Source of the DNA: Octopus sinensis
Lineage: Eukaryota
Length of the DNA stretch: 64,000 nucleotides
Direction: 5' to 3'
Assembly (NCBI RefSeq): GCF_006345805.1
Contig: NC_043002.1
Span: 113,584,001-113,648,000 of the forward strand
Part shown: piece by piece, positions 63,433-64,000 of the stretch
Numbering within the stretch: the stretch's first letter is position 1
Layout of the letters: the number at the start of each line of letters is the position of its first letter
The notes under the pieces: generated by a model
Database searches by the model: none
Told to the model about the DNA's origin: nothing
What the model saw: the letters and a program-made list of their open reading frames with translations, nothing else
Made by a program: the position numbers and the translations under genes

Positions 63433-63813
63433 AACATAAATCTGTAGTTAAAGATCAATTGAATATGCAGTTCTTTATTCTTTTGTTTTCTTTAATTTCC
63501 TTTAATTTAGTTTTGTTGTTTTTCTCATTTCCTTGTTCCTCTTTGTTGGAGGACTACTAAAAATAATATTTCAGTCTGAGCATAAAAGGTAGAGAGGCTA
63601 AAGATAATAACAGCAGTACTTTGACTCTGGTCACCCGATGATGTGCAGGTATAGCTACTGTTGAATCATAATAACACAATATTGCATACAGTATACATAA
63701 CATTCAACAAGTAACAGCTGATGATGATGTGTTGAAACAATTGTAGTGACATATAATAAAGCCTGTTCGATCCATCTTCTTGTGCTAAATTTTTCTTTCC
63801 AAACACATACACA

Positions 63814-64000
63814 TACTCTTTTACTTGTTCCAGTCATTTGACTGCGGCCATGCTGGAGCACCGCCTTTAATCGAGCAACTCGACCCCGGGACTTATTCTT
63901 TGTAAGCCCAGTACTTATTCTATCGGTCTCTTTTGCCAAACCGCTAAGTGACGGGGACGTAAACACACCAGCATCGGTTGTCAACCAATGCTAGGGGGAC
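63814..64000 (-). mobile_element. SINE family B, 3' half (runs off the window)
   Basis: Homology to family B. Confidence 0.88.

Noticed and set aside
63710-63760. CTGATGA...GAAACAATTGTA with a palindromic stem III
   Set aside because: Stems I and II do not pair properly, and the core overlaps a (GAT)n run.

Overview
AT-rich, microsatellite- and TE-dense animal genomic DNA. The SINE repertoire suggests an octopod cephalopod (inference). There is one 100-N gap. Two partial genes converge tail-to-tail. On the + strand are the last three coding exons (22328-30280) of a Cys-containing protein with a hydrophobic C-terminus. On the - strand are the last two exons (57265-52428) of a kelch-repeat protein. 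The last intron of the + gene holds a young, full-length but defective 4.25-kb Ty3/Gypsy LTR retrotransposon (25321-29571, - strand). Its primer-binding site matches nt 1-12 (the 5' end) of tRNA-Phe rather than a tRNA 3' CCA end. It also has a GGGAAAC/pseudoknot -1 frameshift signal, and its LTRs differ only at two mirror-symmetric positions. Five loci carry Penelope-type minimal hammerhead-ribozyme motifs with variant cores (C4, U3-A8, G3-C8); three of these are in foldback elements and one lies next to a GIY-YIG relic. Other content: several tRNA-derived SINE families, RTE, CR1 and R4/Dong LINE fragments, Tc1 and mariner relics, and five non-autonomous Helitrons. Nearly all ORFs in the supplied track outside these elements are microsatellite or SINE read-throughs. 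All RNA folds were derived by eye, and SINE boundaries are approximate.
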